Source: Veleropilina oligotropha
Taxonomy: Eukaryota
Direction of reading: 5' to 3'
NCBI GenBank assembly: GCA_048128005.1
Contig: JBEUKZ010000099.1
Location: 62,001-126,000 of the forward strand
DNA: 64,000 nucleotides
Below are positions 1 to 12,930 of this stretch, piece by piece. The position numbers and the translations under genes are program-made. How positions within the stretch are numbered: the first letter of the stretch is position 1; each line of letters opens with the position of its first letter. The notes below the pieces were generated by a model that was not told where the DNA came from, made no database searches, and was given only the letters and a program-made list of their open reading frames with translations.

Positions 1-454
1 TCGCCCATACAAGCAAATGGTTAGACCGCATTTAGAATATGCAGTGCAAGCATGGTGCAAAGGATATCAATATTCAGGACAAGTTCAAAGAAGAGCCACA
101 AAATTGATAGGAGAATTAAGGGAATTGCCATATGAGGACAGACTAAGAGCACTGAACCTCACAACATTATCTATGAGAAGGATACGAGGTGATATGATTC
201 AGGTGTTTAAAATGTTTACAGGAAAATACAAGGTTGACAATAGTTTCTTTTTTCAGATGAACCAAATACATACCAGGGGGCATCAATACAAGATTTACAA
301 AAAGCGATTCCGACTTGACGTTAGAAAACACTTTTTCGCAAATCGTCTTGTCGATGAATGGAATGCTCTTCCTAATAATGTAGTGGATTCAAAATCTGTA
401 AACCAATTTAAAAATCGCCTAGATGAGCATTTTAAGAAGCAGGGCAGGTTATAG
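1..454 (+). mobile_element. CR1-type LINE 3' fragment (C-terminal end of ORF2)
   Basis: ORF 17..454 reads VRPHLEYAVQAW...QVQRRATKLI...YEDRLRALNL...RRIRGDMIQVFK...TRGH...FFANRLVDEWNALP, the typical CR1 ORF2 tail after the RT domain. Confidence 0.85.
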
Positions 455-934
455 AGGACAAGACAACTTCAATGGGTTTTTATATGAGTTACAGTAATGT
501 GCTTTCTAAACCCAAACAAACTCTATTTAATCTATTTATTCCCCCTCGATCAACATTAAAAAATCTTCTTTGAACCACTTTGGAAAAAAAATCATGAATA
601 GAATTTAAAATTTGCTGGTAATTATCATTGCACATAATGCAAGTTAACAAATCGCAAGTGACTTGTTCCGTGGGTAATGTGCACGGGGTTGCAGTTTCAG
701 GGCAATAACAAACTACCACAATTGCTATGATGGACTGTTCTTGTCATTAAAAGGAGGTCACGCAACAACTATAAATTTTCAAGGGTGGCGCTGAGCTGTT
801 TCCATGAGAATAAAGCAACATCAGTCAGCGTTGGTTATAAAATTGGCGACATTGCAAGGTTTGCGACTACTATAACAATGTTCCATTGGCAGTCAAGAAC
901 CACCGCTTAGCGTCGCCATTTGATTAGACGTTTT

Positions 935-2570
935 ATTTAAACATATTTTATTAGATGATTATCATGGCATAAATACAAACAGATAAATAGACAACAATTG
1001 GATAGCAGGCTCAGCCTATTTAGATCATTTTGTTGTTAGTACATTGTACATAGTACATAGCTGGTGATCATATTTTATTTTATTTACACACATTTTAATG
1101 CTCGCATATAACTAGTGGCTTTATAGGAATACATTGATATAGTCATGTAGATAAGGGTACAATATAAGTGGCATACAAGAACAAAAATAGGTAATCATTT
1201 ATCATCGTACATCTAGTTATTTTGTGGTAAAACGTTGTGTATGTTTAATGTACAATTGGACTTGTTTGAAAATGTCTTTGTTGGTGGCTACACTGTAAGA
1301 TTGATTTCCAAATAGGAGATTTGATATGTTTTGAATGCCGATTTGTCTGAAGAGAATATTACGTTGTTCAGTGTAATTGGTGCAATGCATTAGGAAATGT
1401 TCCGAATTTTCCTTTGGATGTCCACAAGAGCAGGCTGGACTTGCAACAATACTTAGTCGAAATAGGTTAACATTAAGAAGGCTACAATTCCGCCTTAGTC
1501 GTGTATGGACGATAGCCAGATTTCTTTCTAGTTCATAAATAGTATGAACAGGAAGCTCAATGGTGAGAGTAATTTTTGATTTGAACATGAAAATACTGGA
1601 TGAGTTTCTAACACTGAGCTCAAGATTATTCCAGTCCATAGTAGTTTTTGGAAAATATGATTTCCTGTATGATTCTGTTCGCGTTAATGGGACAGTTAAC
1701 AAGTCGCTGTTTCTTATATTATATTGGTTTCGGTCACTACGACCAAGGGGAAGTAATATTCGGAGGAAGGACGGTGTCCTGTTATTAATAATTTTATACA
1801 TCATTATAAGTCGTTTGTGGAGTCGTCTTAATTTTAATGGTGTAATACCAGTCTCTAAGTATAAGCAATCGCGCTGGCACCATAAAGGCAGTCCTGTTAT
1901 GATTCTAAGACAGTCACATTGGAGTTTCTCCAGTGACTCTGATTCGTAGTCATAGCAGTTGTCCCATATAATAGATCCGTACTCGATTATTGGTCTGATA
2001 AACATTAAATATATTTTTTTAAGTGTTTCTCTATTGAGATTATATTTATTTCGTCTAAGTAATCCAATTCGACTTACAACTTTTTTCTTAATGAGAGAAA
2101 AATGATCGGTCCATGTTCCCTTGCAATTGAGAACAAGTCCGAGATGTTTGTGGGTTTGGACAACTGGAATTGGAATATTGTTCATATAAAGTTTTGGCTC
2201 AGCATGGTCGCGGCCTCTAGATATGCATAAACATTCCGTTTTTTCAGGGTTAAATTTGACGTGACAGACACGTGACCATTTATATAGTTTTTCGATTTCG
2301 GCATTCAGATAATCCGACATGTCTTCGTCGTGTTTGTGTGAAAGAAACATAGATGTATCATCGGCGAATAGTCGCATTTCAGGACCTATGTTATGGACAA
2401 TGTCATTGATAAATACTAAGAATAGTAAAGGTCCGAGTATAGATCCCTGGGGTACACCCGCTGTTGTGTTTTGCCATGTTGATAGGTGACCATTGCACAG
2501 TACTCTTTGACAACGATTTGTTAGGTAAAACGTTAGACATTTGCATACAGTCCCGAACAATGTCTGGCAT
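935..2570 (-). mobile_element. 5'-truncated LINE of the L2/CR1 group (RT C-terminal half plus terminal CCHC)
   Basis: ORF 1217..2560 has RT motifs GVPQGSILGPLLF, LFADD and HLGL, and a C-terminal CSCG...EHFLMHC. An AT-rich 3'UTR follows; its end is approximate. Confidence 0.88.
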
Positions 2571-2699
2571 TGTAACCTATCTAAGATATGATCGGCTCAA
2601 CGTTGGTTAACTTCCGTGATCTAATGAGAACCAGTCCGTTCATTATATGATATTACCTAAGATGTGCTTCGATGGTGAGAAAACAGCAGATGAGGTAGT

Positions 2700-2950
2700 A
2701 AAGGATCGATGCTTAATATCCTGTATATTTCCCACCATTAAGTTCAAAGCAGGACATGTCCATATTATCGCGAGAGAAAAACCCGGTCGCCCGGGAAAAC
2801 CCGCCCTCTCCGACCAGTTACGGACAACTGTGATTCATAACATGTCCCAGGCGAGGTTTTAACCCACTACCGACTACTGTTCGCGTCAGTGGAAACAAGC
2901 AAGTGATATTTCAGAGCAACCGAAACCACACGGTTTCGAAGTGGTCGCGC
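2700..2950 (-). mobile_element. tRNA-derived SINE family A (V-domain-like core)
   Basis: Matches copies at 13680-13930, 31195-31457, 33390-33635, 36705-36930 and 52790-53030. The minus strand has a GGTTCRAACC box-B-like motif in the better copies and a GGGTTTTCCCGGGCGACCGGGTTT core. Confidence 0.7.
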
Positions 2951-4064
2951 TAAGATAGTATTATATACTATATTATAAAGATATTATGTGAATAGTAACT
3001 TGTAAAGTGATTGAAATTTTTTTCTGAAAACACAGCAACAATACATACGGTATATTAATTATGGAATAGATAATCATTTATTACGAGCAGCATTATAGCA
3101 GCACTTGCACGGAGGTACGACGAGGAAAATGACAGGCTACCACTCAGCATGGAGGCTGTGCCTATTTATAGAACATCTCATCTACGCAATAATGTTGGTG
3201 CTGCTCCGTTCAGCCACAACAACAAATGACGCGACCCTATCGCATAGAAAGAGAAGTTCTATAAATAGGTACAGCCTCGATCGAGAAACAGTGAGCCTGT
3301 CACTTTCCTCGCTGTAGATCCGTGCAGGTGCCCCTTTAAGTAAAACTATGATGAACAAATATCAAATGGTGACACCTTGAGATGAGTCACACATAGCTCA
3401 GAAAATCGCAATCGTATACGAATTAAAAAGAATGTATCCACTTTACTGATTAGAATAGTATACACATGGTTATGGCACATGCATTGATAAATGTACTGCA
3501 TATCTCATAAATGGGGTAAACATATTTTCATATGTATATACGTTATTCTTTTGTCATAATCCGCAACATATCAGAATTTGATCATCTTAATCAAATTCGT
3601 TTACGATCAATTTTTAACAATTTTCAGTCGTGTCGCAACATCGCTTCATGATTGATGACGCCATTATTATAATTCTTCAAGGTAATACGTAAATATGTAA
3701 ATATTTAGACTGTCACTTCAGAACTATTTCGGATTTCACTTATCTTCTGTTGGTGTCACTGGATTTGCGTACATATTTATTAACGCTGTTATTATTAAAG
3801 TTACGCACATGACATTATGTTATTCATGTATTTTCATAGCATTCCTTCGTACTTAATTAATTTTAACAACTGCCATGGACTGCATCACATGATATTGTTG
3901 CTCCGGATAACTCCTCTTTCCCGAAGAGGAAAATAAGTTTATTCACGTCACACGTGAAAATTTATACGCATTCTCCGAACGCCACCTGTATGGTTCAGTT
4001 GGAAATTCAAAAATAGATAAACATTTAAGAGTCGCAATTCATTCAGCGTTAGTTCATAAGCACA

Positions 4065-4493
4065 TCAATTATTGTCTGCATCCTGCTCAAACCTTAAGGA
4101 ACAAAATTTCTCGTGACGGGTGCAATTTGTTTTGTACGGAAATCCTTTCTGACAGAATCTGCAAGCGAATGGTTTGACACCACTGTGTGTGTTAACATGG
4201 CCGACAAAATGACTCAATTGACGAAAGTACTTGCCGCATATTGGGCACCGGTGTCCTTCTGTCTTACTAGCAGTGTATGACGTCATATATACGTCACTGT
4301 CCCCCGTCAGAGACGAATCGGTTTTGAGATTATGGAGTCCAACGTGACTCGCTGAACCATCGCCATAAAATGAAGCGGATTGCCGATCAAATACATTTGT
4401 CCTATAAGAGCCCTTTTCACCTCTGGGTGGCGGGATAAAATCTTGAAAGCCGGCTGAATCGCTGTCCATATCAAATGAGCTTCCCGGGAGTAT
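4065..4493 (-). CDS. Variable terminal exon V11: 2 zinc fingers (C2H2 + C2HC), 142 aa
   Basis: Acceptor ttattttattattttAG at 4495-4494. Phase-0 frame ILPGSSFDMDSDS...CPICGKYFRQLSHFVGHVNTH-SGVKPF-ACRFCQKGFPYKTNCTRHEKFC, then stop. Confidence 0.85.
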   Translation of the reverse strand: MLPGSSFDMDSDSAGFQDFIPPPRGEKGSYRTNVFDRQSASFYGDGSASHVGLHNLKTDSSLTGDSDVYMTSYTASKTEGHRCPICGKYFRQLSHFVGHVNTHSGVKPFACRFCQKGFPYKTNCTRHEKFCSLRFEQDADNN

Positions 4494-5205
4494 CTAAAAT
4501 AATAAAATAATGCCCTGTGTGACTTGAATTGCCGAAAATTCACTTTTAAAACAACACAAAGAAGTGGCGTGGTGGATATCGACTAAACATCATGGATATC
4601 GACGGGCGTAATTCTCTTCCCCTCGATAATTTTTTTATAGTGATAGCTTAATTTTGAAAAAATATATAGGCACGTCCTATCATATATATATGTGCAAATG
4701 TTTCAGAAATGGGATATTAAAACACGTCTTTAAGTGAATGGGATCCCATTTCACAAAGTGAAGTAAACAATTTCAGGTCACAATCGTTTTCCATACACAT
4801 TCAATGACCAACCCATTTCAACAAGCGATGTTCACATCAAACAAATGCCTCTTTCAATTTGACATAAATTTACTACCCAACGCCAAGCCCCATAAAATGG
4901 ACAGATCCTGCCCTTGATGACAATAGTCTGAGCATATTATTATATATATCGTAGTTATGTTAAAACTGCCTACTTGATACATTATTCATATTGCTATTTA
5001 ACAACATAGTAAAATTCAGCATGAAGGTTCAATGCACTATATTGAATCTTCATTGTTACTTTATAATACTTAAGTCATAATGCTATTAATCATACTAAAA
5101 ATTGTTGTATTATATTATATCAATATAAATCGAATACTAGTAAAACATACAAGACAACGAACATACCATACATAAAATAACAATCAGCATCTCTAGTACA
5201 TAAAC

Positions 5206-5980
5206 CAGGGGCGGATCCATGGGGGTCGGACCCCCGCCCTTGACGGACCAAGTGCCCTTTTGCCTTGGCCATTAAAAAACTCAATGTGTTAGATTGGGCC
5301 GAGGCTATTCACCCGGTGACCGGGCGCGTATTTCGCAAATGGCTATTCACCCGGTGGATTCCACTTTTCGTTATTAATACTATTAATATATATATATAGG
5401 CCTATATTATATATTTGGTAGTGTCTATAGAACCGGATCCGGTTCCCGACTGTCTAAAACTAAAGAACCGGACCGCCACTTATTGGTGAAATATGTCACG
5501 TGTCACGCGCAAACTACTAAAACCTCCATGTCTTATATATTTGCCCATGACGCGGCTTCAAGCCCTGATCGGGCATTCATTTGTATTACTATAATTTAGG
5601 CAAGACTTATAGGGAAGGATGCGCCAATAAGTTACAATTCTTGTTTTCGTAAATGGTTAACGCCGTTAATAATGCACACTGGTCATCGGGTGAATAGCCA
5701 TTTGCGATGTTATACGCGCCCGGTCACCGGGTGAATAGCCACTCCCGTTAGATTGTGACAAAAATGAAAATTACCCATACATTTTAGTGAAAATGGTTCA
5801 TAAATGTTGGTAAGAAATCTAGCTTTTGCCCTGTCAGAGTGCAGGTTTCAGGCTGTTGATTGTAAACAAATTCTTTCGCGTGGGGCCCCGTCCCCACGCG
5901 AACAGTTGATAGTATATTCTATGAAAGTTGGACACCCCCCCCCCCCCCCCCCCCTTAGCAAAATCCTGCATCCGCCCCTG
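5206..5980. mobile_element. hAT-like MITE (CAGGGGCGGAT termini) carrying a nested MITE
   Basis: Left end caggggcggatcca and right end tgcatccgcccctg are inverted repeats; the TSD is degenerate. Confidence 0.6.
5297..5746. mobile_element. Mutator-like MITE with 9-bp TSD
   Basis: About 55-bp TIRs (ggctattcacccggtgaccgggcgcgtat / atacgcgcccggtcaccgggtgaatagcc) flanked by direct repeat GTTAGATTG at 5288-5296 and 5747-5755. Confidence 0.75.
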
Positions 5981-6044
5981 CATACAACACCGATTATCGG
6001 CGGCAGAGTTAAAGCGCTGCTCCAAATTGACTCTTCATTGTTAC

Positions 6045-6410
6045 TATGGCCTCGCGGCTAGCGTATGCGTGCAATGGCCTCACGGCTAGCGTAGGCGTTC
6101 AATGGCCTCGCGTAGGTGTTCAATGGCCTCGCGGTTAGCGTAGGTGTGTAATGGCCTCGCGGCTAGCGTACGACATACTAAGTGTACAATGGCCTCGCGG
6201 CTAGCGTAGGTGTTTAATGGCCTCGCGGTTAGCGTAGGTGAGCAATGGCCTCCCGGCTAGCGTAGGTGTTCAATGGACTCGCGGTTAGCGTAGGAATTTA
6301 ATGGCCTCGCGGTTATCGTAGGTGTGCAATGGCCTCGCGGATAGCGTAGGAGTTTAATGGCCTCGCGGTTAACGTACGCCGTACTACGTGTAAAGTGGGC
6401 TCGCGTAGGT
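6045..6410. repeat. ~28-bp minisatellite (aatggcctcgcggYtagcgtaggtgt..)
   Basis: About 12 degenerate tandem copies are visible. Confidence 0.9.
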
Positions 6411-7123
6411 GTGCACGTCTGAGCCCTACGCGCAAGAAAATTTTGACAATTAACGGTGTGAAATCGCCCCTCCTGCATTATTACATTGCAAATGCTAATA
6501 GTAATACAATTCAACTTTAGTATTTTGGGGTAGGCCTATTTATAATGTTCTGAAAGTCATTTGTATCAGATTATACATATTATTATAGTATGCTTGACCA
6601 GATTTAGGGGGGGGGGCGCCCCCCCCCCCCCTGGATCCGCGCCTGACAACGGCCATAAAACAACATCACAGTAGATATTACTGGAACCGATTTTGAGGTA
6701 ACGAGATTGCAGACGCAACAATCACATTTATGCAGGCACGTGTCTCCGCGATAGCAGACGTCAAATAACAGATTCAAACCGGTCGGCGACACATATATCC
6801 CGCGTTACCGGTACTGTTTTTGGCAGATAGCTTTAAATCTTAATGAAAATTGTTATTCTAATATGTTCATATAAAGTTATATCGGGTTCATTTTCAAGGA
6901 ATATTTGTTAGTCAACTTAATTAATCAACTACTTTCGCACTCTTTTTAGACGGCATTGTTACTAATTTATTTAATTAGTAAACACGATGTCCTTTTTGCA
7001 TTAAACAGTTTACATATCACTACGCCGTAATGTCGCCTTCAATCTACTGCTGATTCTTCGTACCGGTGAGGCAATTTCGTGAGTTTGTAGTTTGTTTCCT
7101 ACCGAAGAGCGATATGTGATAAA

Positions 7124-7277
7124 TAGAATCTCACACTCGTGGCAATGTAATATAACATTTATGAAACTCGTTTAACTAATTTTCATATTTTCCTCGGCAA
7201 GCCTCGGAAAATATGAAAATTAGTTTTAAACTCGTTTCATGTGATATCACATTACCACTCATATGAGATCCTCTATA
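7124..7277. repeat. Long imperfect palindrome with loop CCTCGGCAAGCCTCGG
   Basis: Arms aactaattttcatattttcc / ggaaaatatgaaaattagtt extend outward imperfectly for about 70 bp. Confidence 0.8.
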
Positions 7278-7777
7278 TCTAAAAGCTGAGAAATAGTAGT
7301 CGAAACTTGTGTGTTTGCGCGCGCACGCATACGTGTGTGATATGAGAGTTGACTAGTCCATGCAAATTATTTTGATGCCTTGCCGAATTCTTTGTTCTCG
7401 CGATGTGCGACCAGAGACCTGAATTAATCACATTATCTTTGCTATTACTTAGAACAATGGAATAATTAACTATCACTGTCCCATTGCTCATATATCAAGC
7501 TCATGGTAAATATGACAATATAGCCCATCATATGATATAATACAGGTACTGGTAGCCAAGATACTACCATCCTGGAAACTTAAGTGTTAACTATATTACA
7601 ATGACAGAAATATCCTTATCACAGCTAACATCATATTTCAGAAAGATCATAGATGCAACCGAAAGTTCTAAATCCTGATTACCAGAAAAGTCGCGCCAAA
7701 TTTTCAAACCATCTATCTAGCATTGTCACAGAAAAGTTTTTCTAACTTTGTGCAAAACAAGGAATAGCTTTTCCGCA

Positions 7778-8150
7778 TAGGTTACATGGCATCTTCTCAT
7801 GTCCCCAGGTCACATGGCATCTTCTCATGTCCCCAGGTCACATGGCATCTTCTCATGTCCCCAGGTCACATGGCATCTTCTCATGTCCCCAGGTCACATG
7901 ACATCTTCGCGTGTCTCCAGGTCACATGACATATTCGGGTGTCTCCAGGTCACATGACATCTTTGGGTATCTACAGATTACATGACATCTTCGGGTGTCT
8001 TCAGATAACATGACATCTTTGTACGTGCGTCTTCAGGTTACACGACATATTCTGGTGTCTCTGGGTTACACGGCATCTTCTGGTATCTCTAGATTACACT
8101 GCATATTCGGGTGTCCCCATGTTACACGGCACCTTCGGGTGCCTCCGGGG
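7778..8150. repeat. 28-bp minisatellite overlapping the V10 stop codon
   Basis: Unit ccccaggtcacatggcatcttctcatgt, about 13 copies, degenerating toward and into the exon end. Confidence 0.9.
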
Positions 8151-8595
8151 GTTCATGATATAACATCGCCCGACATTTTCGTTCGTGGCGAAGAGCGGTC
8201 ACCTTGTACGGAAAGCGTTTGCTGCACACTTTGCAGGAGTAGGGCATGTTCCCTTCGTGCCTGTTCATGTGGCCCACGTATATACTGGTCTGAGCGAACT
8301 GCTTGCCACATATATCGCATTTGTATTTGCTGAGACTGGCATGATACAACCTATGCTTCGACAACTGTTTCCGTGATCCATACGATTTCTTACAAATTGG
8401 GCACTGGAGTTCGTTTTCCACTGACGTTGTTTTTCTCTCATGATGAAGAGTGACATGTGCCGCTAAACTCTCACCGTCATTAAAAGCTTGTTCACAACGG
8501 TGGCAGATATGGTCATGAGAAAATTGCCGTTGCCATGGCACGTTTTGCCGCCATTTGTCATCTTCAATTGTGAAGAGTGGATAAGAAGAAAGATT
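8122..8595 (-). CDS. Variable terminal exon V10: 4 zinc fingers (3 C2H2 + C2HC), 157 aa
   Basis: Acceptor tctcctctgtttcAG at 8597-8596. Phase-0 frame NLSSYPLFTIEDDKWRQNVPW...CHRC, CPIC, CDIC..YVGHMNRH, CKVC..RHERKC. No in-frame ATG before finger 3, and an in-frame TGA lies 15 codons upstream of the exon start. Confidence 0.88.
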   Translation of the reverse strand, partial: NLSSYPLFTIEDDKWRQNVPWQRQFSHDHICHRCEQAFNDGESLAAHVTLHHERKTTSVENELQCPICKKSYGSRKQLSKHRLYHASLSKYKCDICGKQFAQTSIYVGHMNRHEGNMPYSCKVCSKRFPYKVTALRHERKCRAMLYHEPPEAPEGAV

Positions 8596-8805
8596 CTGAA
8601 ACAGAGGAGATGCATGCTTAATGAATATCTCACACTGTCATTCAGCAGCCATTTTGGTGGCTTCAGGGTCACCCAAATCATGCATATACTTCAGCTGAAA
8701 TGTAATAATCCGTATTGCATGCGAATGGTATAGTAAATAGAATTTGTTTGGGTTTAGAAGCGCACGACTGTCATGCATATATTTAACCCATTGTAATTAT
8801 CTGGT

Positions 8806-9349
8806 CATCTACAACATGCCCTGCTTCTTAAATCGCTCGTCTATGCGATTTATAAATTGGTTTACAGATGTCGATTCCATTACATTAATATTAGAAAGAT
8901 TATTCCATTCATTGACCATCCGATTTGAGAAAAAGTGTTTTCCAACGTCTAGCGGATTCTTTTAAAGCTTGTATTGTGACCTCTGGTAAGCTTGTACTAG
9001 TATTTATGCCCTCTGGTAAGCTTGTATTAGTATTTATGCCCTCTGGTAATCTTGTACTAGTATTTATGCCCTCTGGTGAGCTTGTACTAGTATTTATGCC
9101 CTCTGGTAAGCTTATACTAGTATTTATGCCCTCTGGTTCATCTGAATAAAGAAACTACTGTCAACGTTGTCATTTCATGTAATCATTTTAAACACCTGAA
9201 TCATATCACCCCTTATCAATATCATCCTCAGAAACAATGTTGCGACGTAATTCTCCGAATTCACCCATCAAATTTGTGGCTCTTCTTTGAACTTGTTCTA
9301 GACTTTGGATATCATTTGCCAGATATGGACTCCATGTTTGCATTGTATA
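8806..9349 (-). mobile_element. Degenerate CR1 3' fragment (same family as 1-454) with an internal 30-bp tandem repeat (~5 copies, 8975-9140)
   Basis: The reverse complement aligns by eye with 30-454 (WSPYLANDIQSLEQVQRRAT; ggtgatatgattcaggtgtttaaaatg). Repeat unit ttgtactagtatttatgccctctggtaagc. Confidence 0.8.
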
Positions 9350-9769
9350 TCTTAATATAATGGAGCTATAATTGTATGCGGGCGGGCGGGCGTGTTTCAA
9401 GTTGAACTCCTCCCAGACGCTTTGACCTAGGACCTTCAAACTTTGGGGGGTTAATCGGGGTCCCCCAAGGAAGGTTTACCACGAAAAAAATTCGGAAAAT
9501 TCGGGAAAACAAAAAATCTTACTATAATGGACCTATAATTGTATGCGGGCGGGCGGGCGTGTTTCAAGTTGTACTCCTCCCAGACGCTTTGACCTAGGAC
9601 CTTCAAACTTTGGGGGGTTAATCGGGGTCCCCCAAGGAAGGTTTACCACGAAAAAAATTCGGAAAATTCGGGAAAAAAAAAAAAAAGTTAAGGGAGCACT
9701 ATCCAAAAAAAAAAAAAAAAAAAATTGGGGTGGGGGGACTTACCCGGCGAAGACGGGTACCATTGCTAG
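9350..9769 (+). mobile_element. Non-autonomous Helitron with duplicated 5' segment
   Basis: A|TCTTAATATAAT start, 3' hairpin tacccggcgaagacgggta, CTAG|T end, no TSD. A second 5' end begins at 9517. Same family as 19381-19676. Confidence 0.85.
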
Positions 9770-10079
9770 TTCAAATAATGACCAGAACTCTAGAGAGGTG
9801 CATTATGTGGATATCGTGCGAGAGTATTATCTGTCACACATACCGAGGCAATCTATCGTAAATTTCAAGGTGTAAACCATTAAAAGTAGAATGAATAGAA
9901 CATATCACCCCATGGGTGCGATATGAAACAGTGGACTCTTCCATTCACACGAGTCTGGCACCTTGTCAAATCTATTGTTATGAGCAGGTGCCCCAGGCTA
10001 GCTTATTCCATTGCTTGCCCTATTAATTGGAACAGTGGAGTACCTGGCCCTAGGTGTTCTATTGTTGTTGTTTTTAAGT

Positions 10080-10510
10080 TATTATGTCTTGACATTTTTG
10101 TATAAAAGGACAAGACATTATCAAATGGTCCGTGTGTATATATATATATATACATATATATCCGCAGGATTATGTGAAAACTACCGGTCCAATTTTTACC
10201 AAAATTGGCACACACACTCCCACGAGTATTTGTAGGTCGTGTATATATAATATAACTTTCGCGACACAATATTGCAAAAATATGCATTTATTATGTACTT
10301 TTATGCATATTTGTAAATAACATATGTCAAATGTTTCTAGTAAATAGCAATGACGTCATTACGATGACGCTTTAGATTAATCATCATTGGGTGGCGTCAC
10401 AATCGACGGGGTGGTAAAGTCTAAATGTACACTTTTCCATTGTAACGTTATAACTGTTCTGACGGAAATAAAGATAAGTCAAGACATATTCCGAATGCGT
10501 CGTTCTTGTT
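10080..10510 (+). mobile_element. Helentron-associated (HINE/DINE-1-like) non-autonomous element, family H1
   Basis: Subterminal inverted repeats tatgtcttgac / gtcaagacata, an internal (TA)n, and an end gcgtcgttcttgtt. Related copies at 14675-21416 (split), ~23060-23617 (-) and ~58095-58160 (-, partial). Confidence 0.65.
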
Positions 10511-10595
10511 AAGTTATTGCTTATCTGATAATTGATATAATTTCTTACAAGCAACACAAATAATATCAACAACGAGGTCGCTACTCTGAAAGCAT

Positions 10596-10601
10596 TTTAT
10601 T
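10596..10601 (-). promoter_or_regulatory. Candidate polyadenylation signal (AATAAA) for V9
   Basis: AATAAA on the minus strand at the end of a block homologous to 14190-14520, which has AATAAA at the same position (14203-14208). Confidence 0.45.
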
Positions 10602-11550
10602 ATGAACTAAATGTACAAGGTGCAGACATGTCTGCAATATAGTTAGCGAACAACATATTAAACCATTATCGCAATGTCAACGAGAACACAATATCAAACC
10701 GAAAGCGAAGATAACACTATGTATTCAAACAATATGAACATTGATTCAAAGCAGTTACATAATTAAAAGAGGTCTGATGTCGACAACATGAATAAAATAA
10801 TGTATAATGAGTGTTAATATCCGAAACTATATACAACTACAAGACTGTAAGTTACTAACATTCCTACACATATTAATATAATAATAACTTGTCACAACTG
10901 AAGCGAACCGAACAAAATCTTCATTAACTTAGATGACACCGTTCAATCAAAATAACGCTGTCACAGTGGTTATAGTAAAGTATCCAGTACAATGATTATA
11001 ATCCAATGATTTCAGATAATCTAGCATGACCTACTGCAGACATTATAGCCAATGTTGATGTTACAGAAGCCTTTTCAGGTCCCTCATGCAAGATTACATT
11101 AACTCACATTGAAACTGTCATTATATGAAATGGATGGCTGATACCATATTAGTAATTACATGAACAAACCAACAATTTTTCAATGTAATTTGATTGATTG
11201 ATTGATATTGAATGATGGAATGAGGAGACCTGGTGTGTAATGAAGACGACATACATGGGACAAAGGGTGTGTCGACAATCAAACTCAGGACCGGTTGTGT
11301 AATAGATAATACTCTGACAATCATGCAGATAAAGTTATGTGGCCATTGTATCTGTCAACAGTCATACATACCAAGACAAATATTGCAAATTTCAAGGTGT
11401 CACCCCTTAAAAGTATGAGTAGCAGATATCACCCATGGGCGCTTTATGAGAAGTGGACTTGTCTATAATTATGAGTTTGGCACCTTGTTAATGGCTTTTT
11501 CAATCTACTAGGTGGGAATTAAAACTTTAATCAAATTATCCAAGCCAATA

Positions 11551-12384
11551 AAAACAAGAGGCCTATCGACCCATCTAGCTCCGCTAGCAGCACAAATAGA
11601 TAAAATAGGCATATACACAGAGTTCTGACATGCTAGTATACCGATATGCAGGCTAGCTATCTTGACAAAGTCCAAATTCCGCCAAAACTCGGGCGTACAT
11701 TTTTCAAATATTCACAGGAGAAGTTAAACACATCTTAAGGCTCATGCCAATTAAAAAATATAGGCAAACAACTACAAATTTGAGCAGCACTTCCCCATGT
11801 AATAGCATACAGATATGCAGGCTAGCTGGCTTGACGAAGTCCAAATTCCGAATTTCAGCAAAACTCGGGCGTACATTTTTTTAATATTCACAGGACTTAA
11901 ACACATCATAAGGAAGGTGCATGCCAATTAAGAAAAAAAGTTATCACACAGTTTCTGAGATATTCACATTTGAAGACAAAACTTGTCACAGAAGTGGATT
12001 TTCTAAGTCGAAAAATGTAAATATCGGAAAAACCGAGACATAGAATTTTCTAATAACTTCAGGATATGTTCAGAACATCATACGGAAGGCTCATGTCAAA
12101 TTAGAAAAAAGTTATCAGACAGTTTTGTAGTTATTCACATTTGAAGTCAAATCTTGTCACGGAAGTGGATTTTCTAAGTCCAAAAAGGTGAATTTCGGAA
12201 TAACCGAGACGTAGAATTTCCAAATACTTTCAAGATATATTCAGAACATCATAAGGAAGGCTCATGCGAAAGTAAGAAAGGAGTTATAAGAGTCTTCAAG
12301 GTATTCACATTTCAAGTCAAAAGTTGACGCCGGACAAAGCGGTATCAGTCAAGCTCCGCTGACTACGTCACAGCGGAGCTAAAA
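11551..12384 (+). mobile_element. HINE-like element with internal tandem repeats
   Basis: Starts aaaacaagagg...agctccgct, ends with hairpin agctccgctgactacgtcacagcggagct followed by aaaa. It has internal duplications and sits about 20 bp past the V9 stop codon. Confidence 0.6.
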
Positions 12385-12405
12385 CGTGTCTATCCACAAT
12401 TTCTA

Positions 12406-12930
12406 TTAGATGCTTTGTCTAGTGCACATTCTCTCATGTCGATCAGCATTTGCCCTATACGAAAAGGTTTTCCAGCACTTTGTACACCGATATGGTTGGC
12501 GGTTGGCGTGGGTGTTCATGTGACCGATGTAATGGCTGACCCGGCAGTATCCCCGGCCGCAGAGGTGGCAGTTGTATTTCGGCACACCACGAAGATCCGA
12601 GTGATATTTGATGTGTCTAGATATGCAGGCAGGTGAGACGAATGTGGTATCGCACAGATGACACTTATACGTACATTGCTGGGAAAAGGAATGACGGGAA
12701 ATGTGATTGGCCAATCTGTATTGATCATGATGAACGAATTCGCAATACGGACAAGGATGCTCGTTAACCCCCAATGATGGGATCTGAGTTGTAACAAAAT
12801 TTGTGCCGGTGCCATGAAAAGATGATCGACTGTTACCGAGTAAGAAGGATTCAGAGAGTAACGCCACTTGTTTCTCAGTTGACTGATCAATGACTTCAAA
12901 ACTCAGAGTTCCTTCCTCGGTTTTCAACAC
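12406..12930 (-). CDS. Variable terminal exon V9: 4 zinc fingers (3 C2H2 + C2HC), 174 aa
   Basis: Acceptor tttttctttcAG at 12932-12931. Phase 0, first codon GTG (VLKTEEGTLSFEVIDQSTEKQVA). No ATG before finger 3. Paralog of V6-V8. Confidence 0.9.
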   Translation of the reverse strand: MLKTEEGTLSFEVIDQSTEKQVALLSESFLLGNSRSSFHGTGTNFVTTQIPSLGVNEHPCPYCEFVHHDQYRLANHISRHSFSQQCTYKCHLCDTTFVSPACISRHIKYHSDLRGVPKYNCHLCGRGYCRVSHYIGHMNTHANRQPYRCTKCWKTFSYRANADRHERMCTRQSI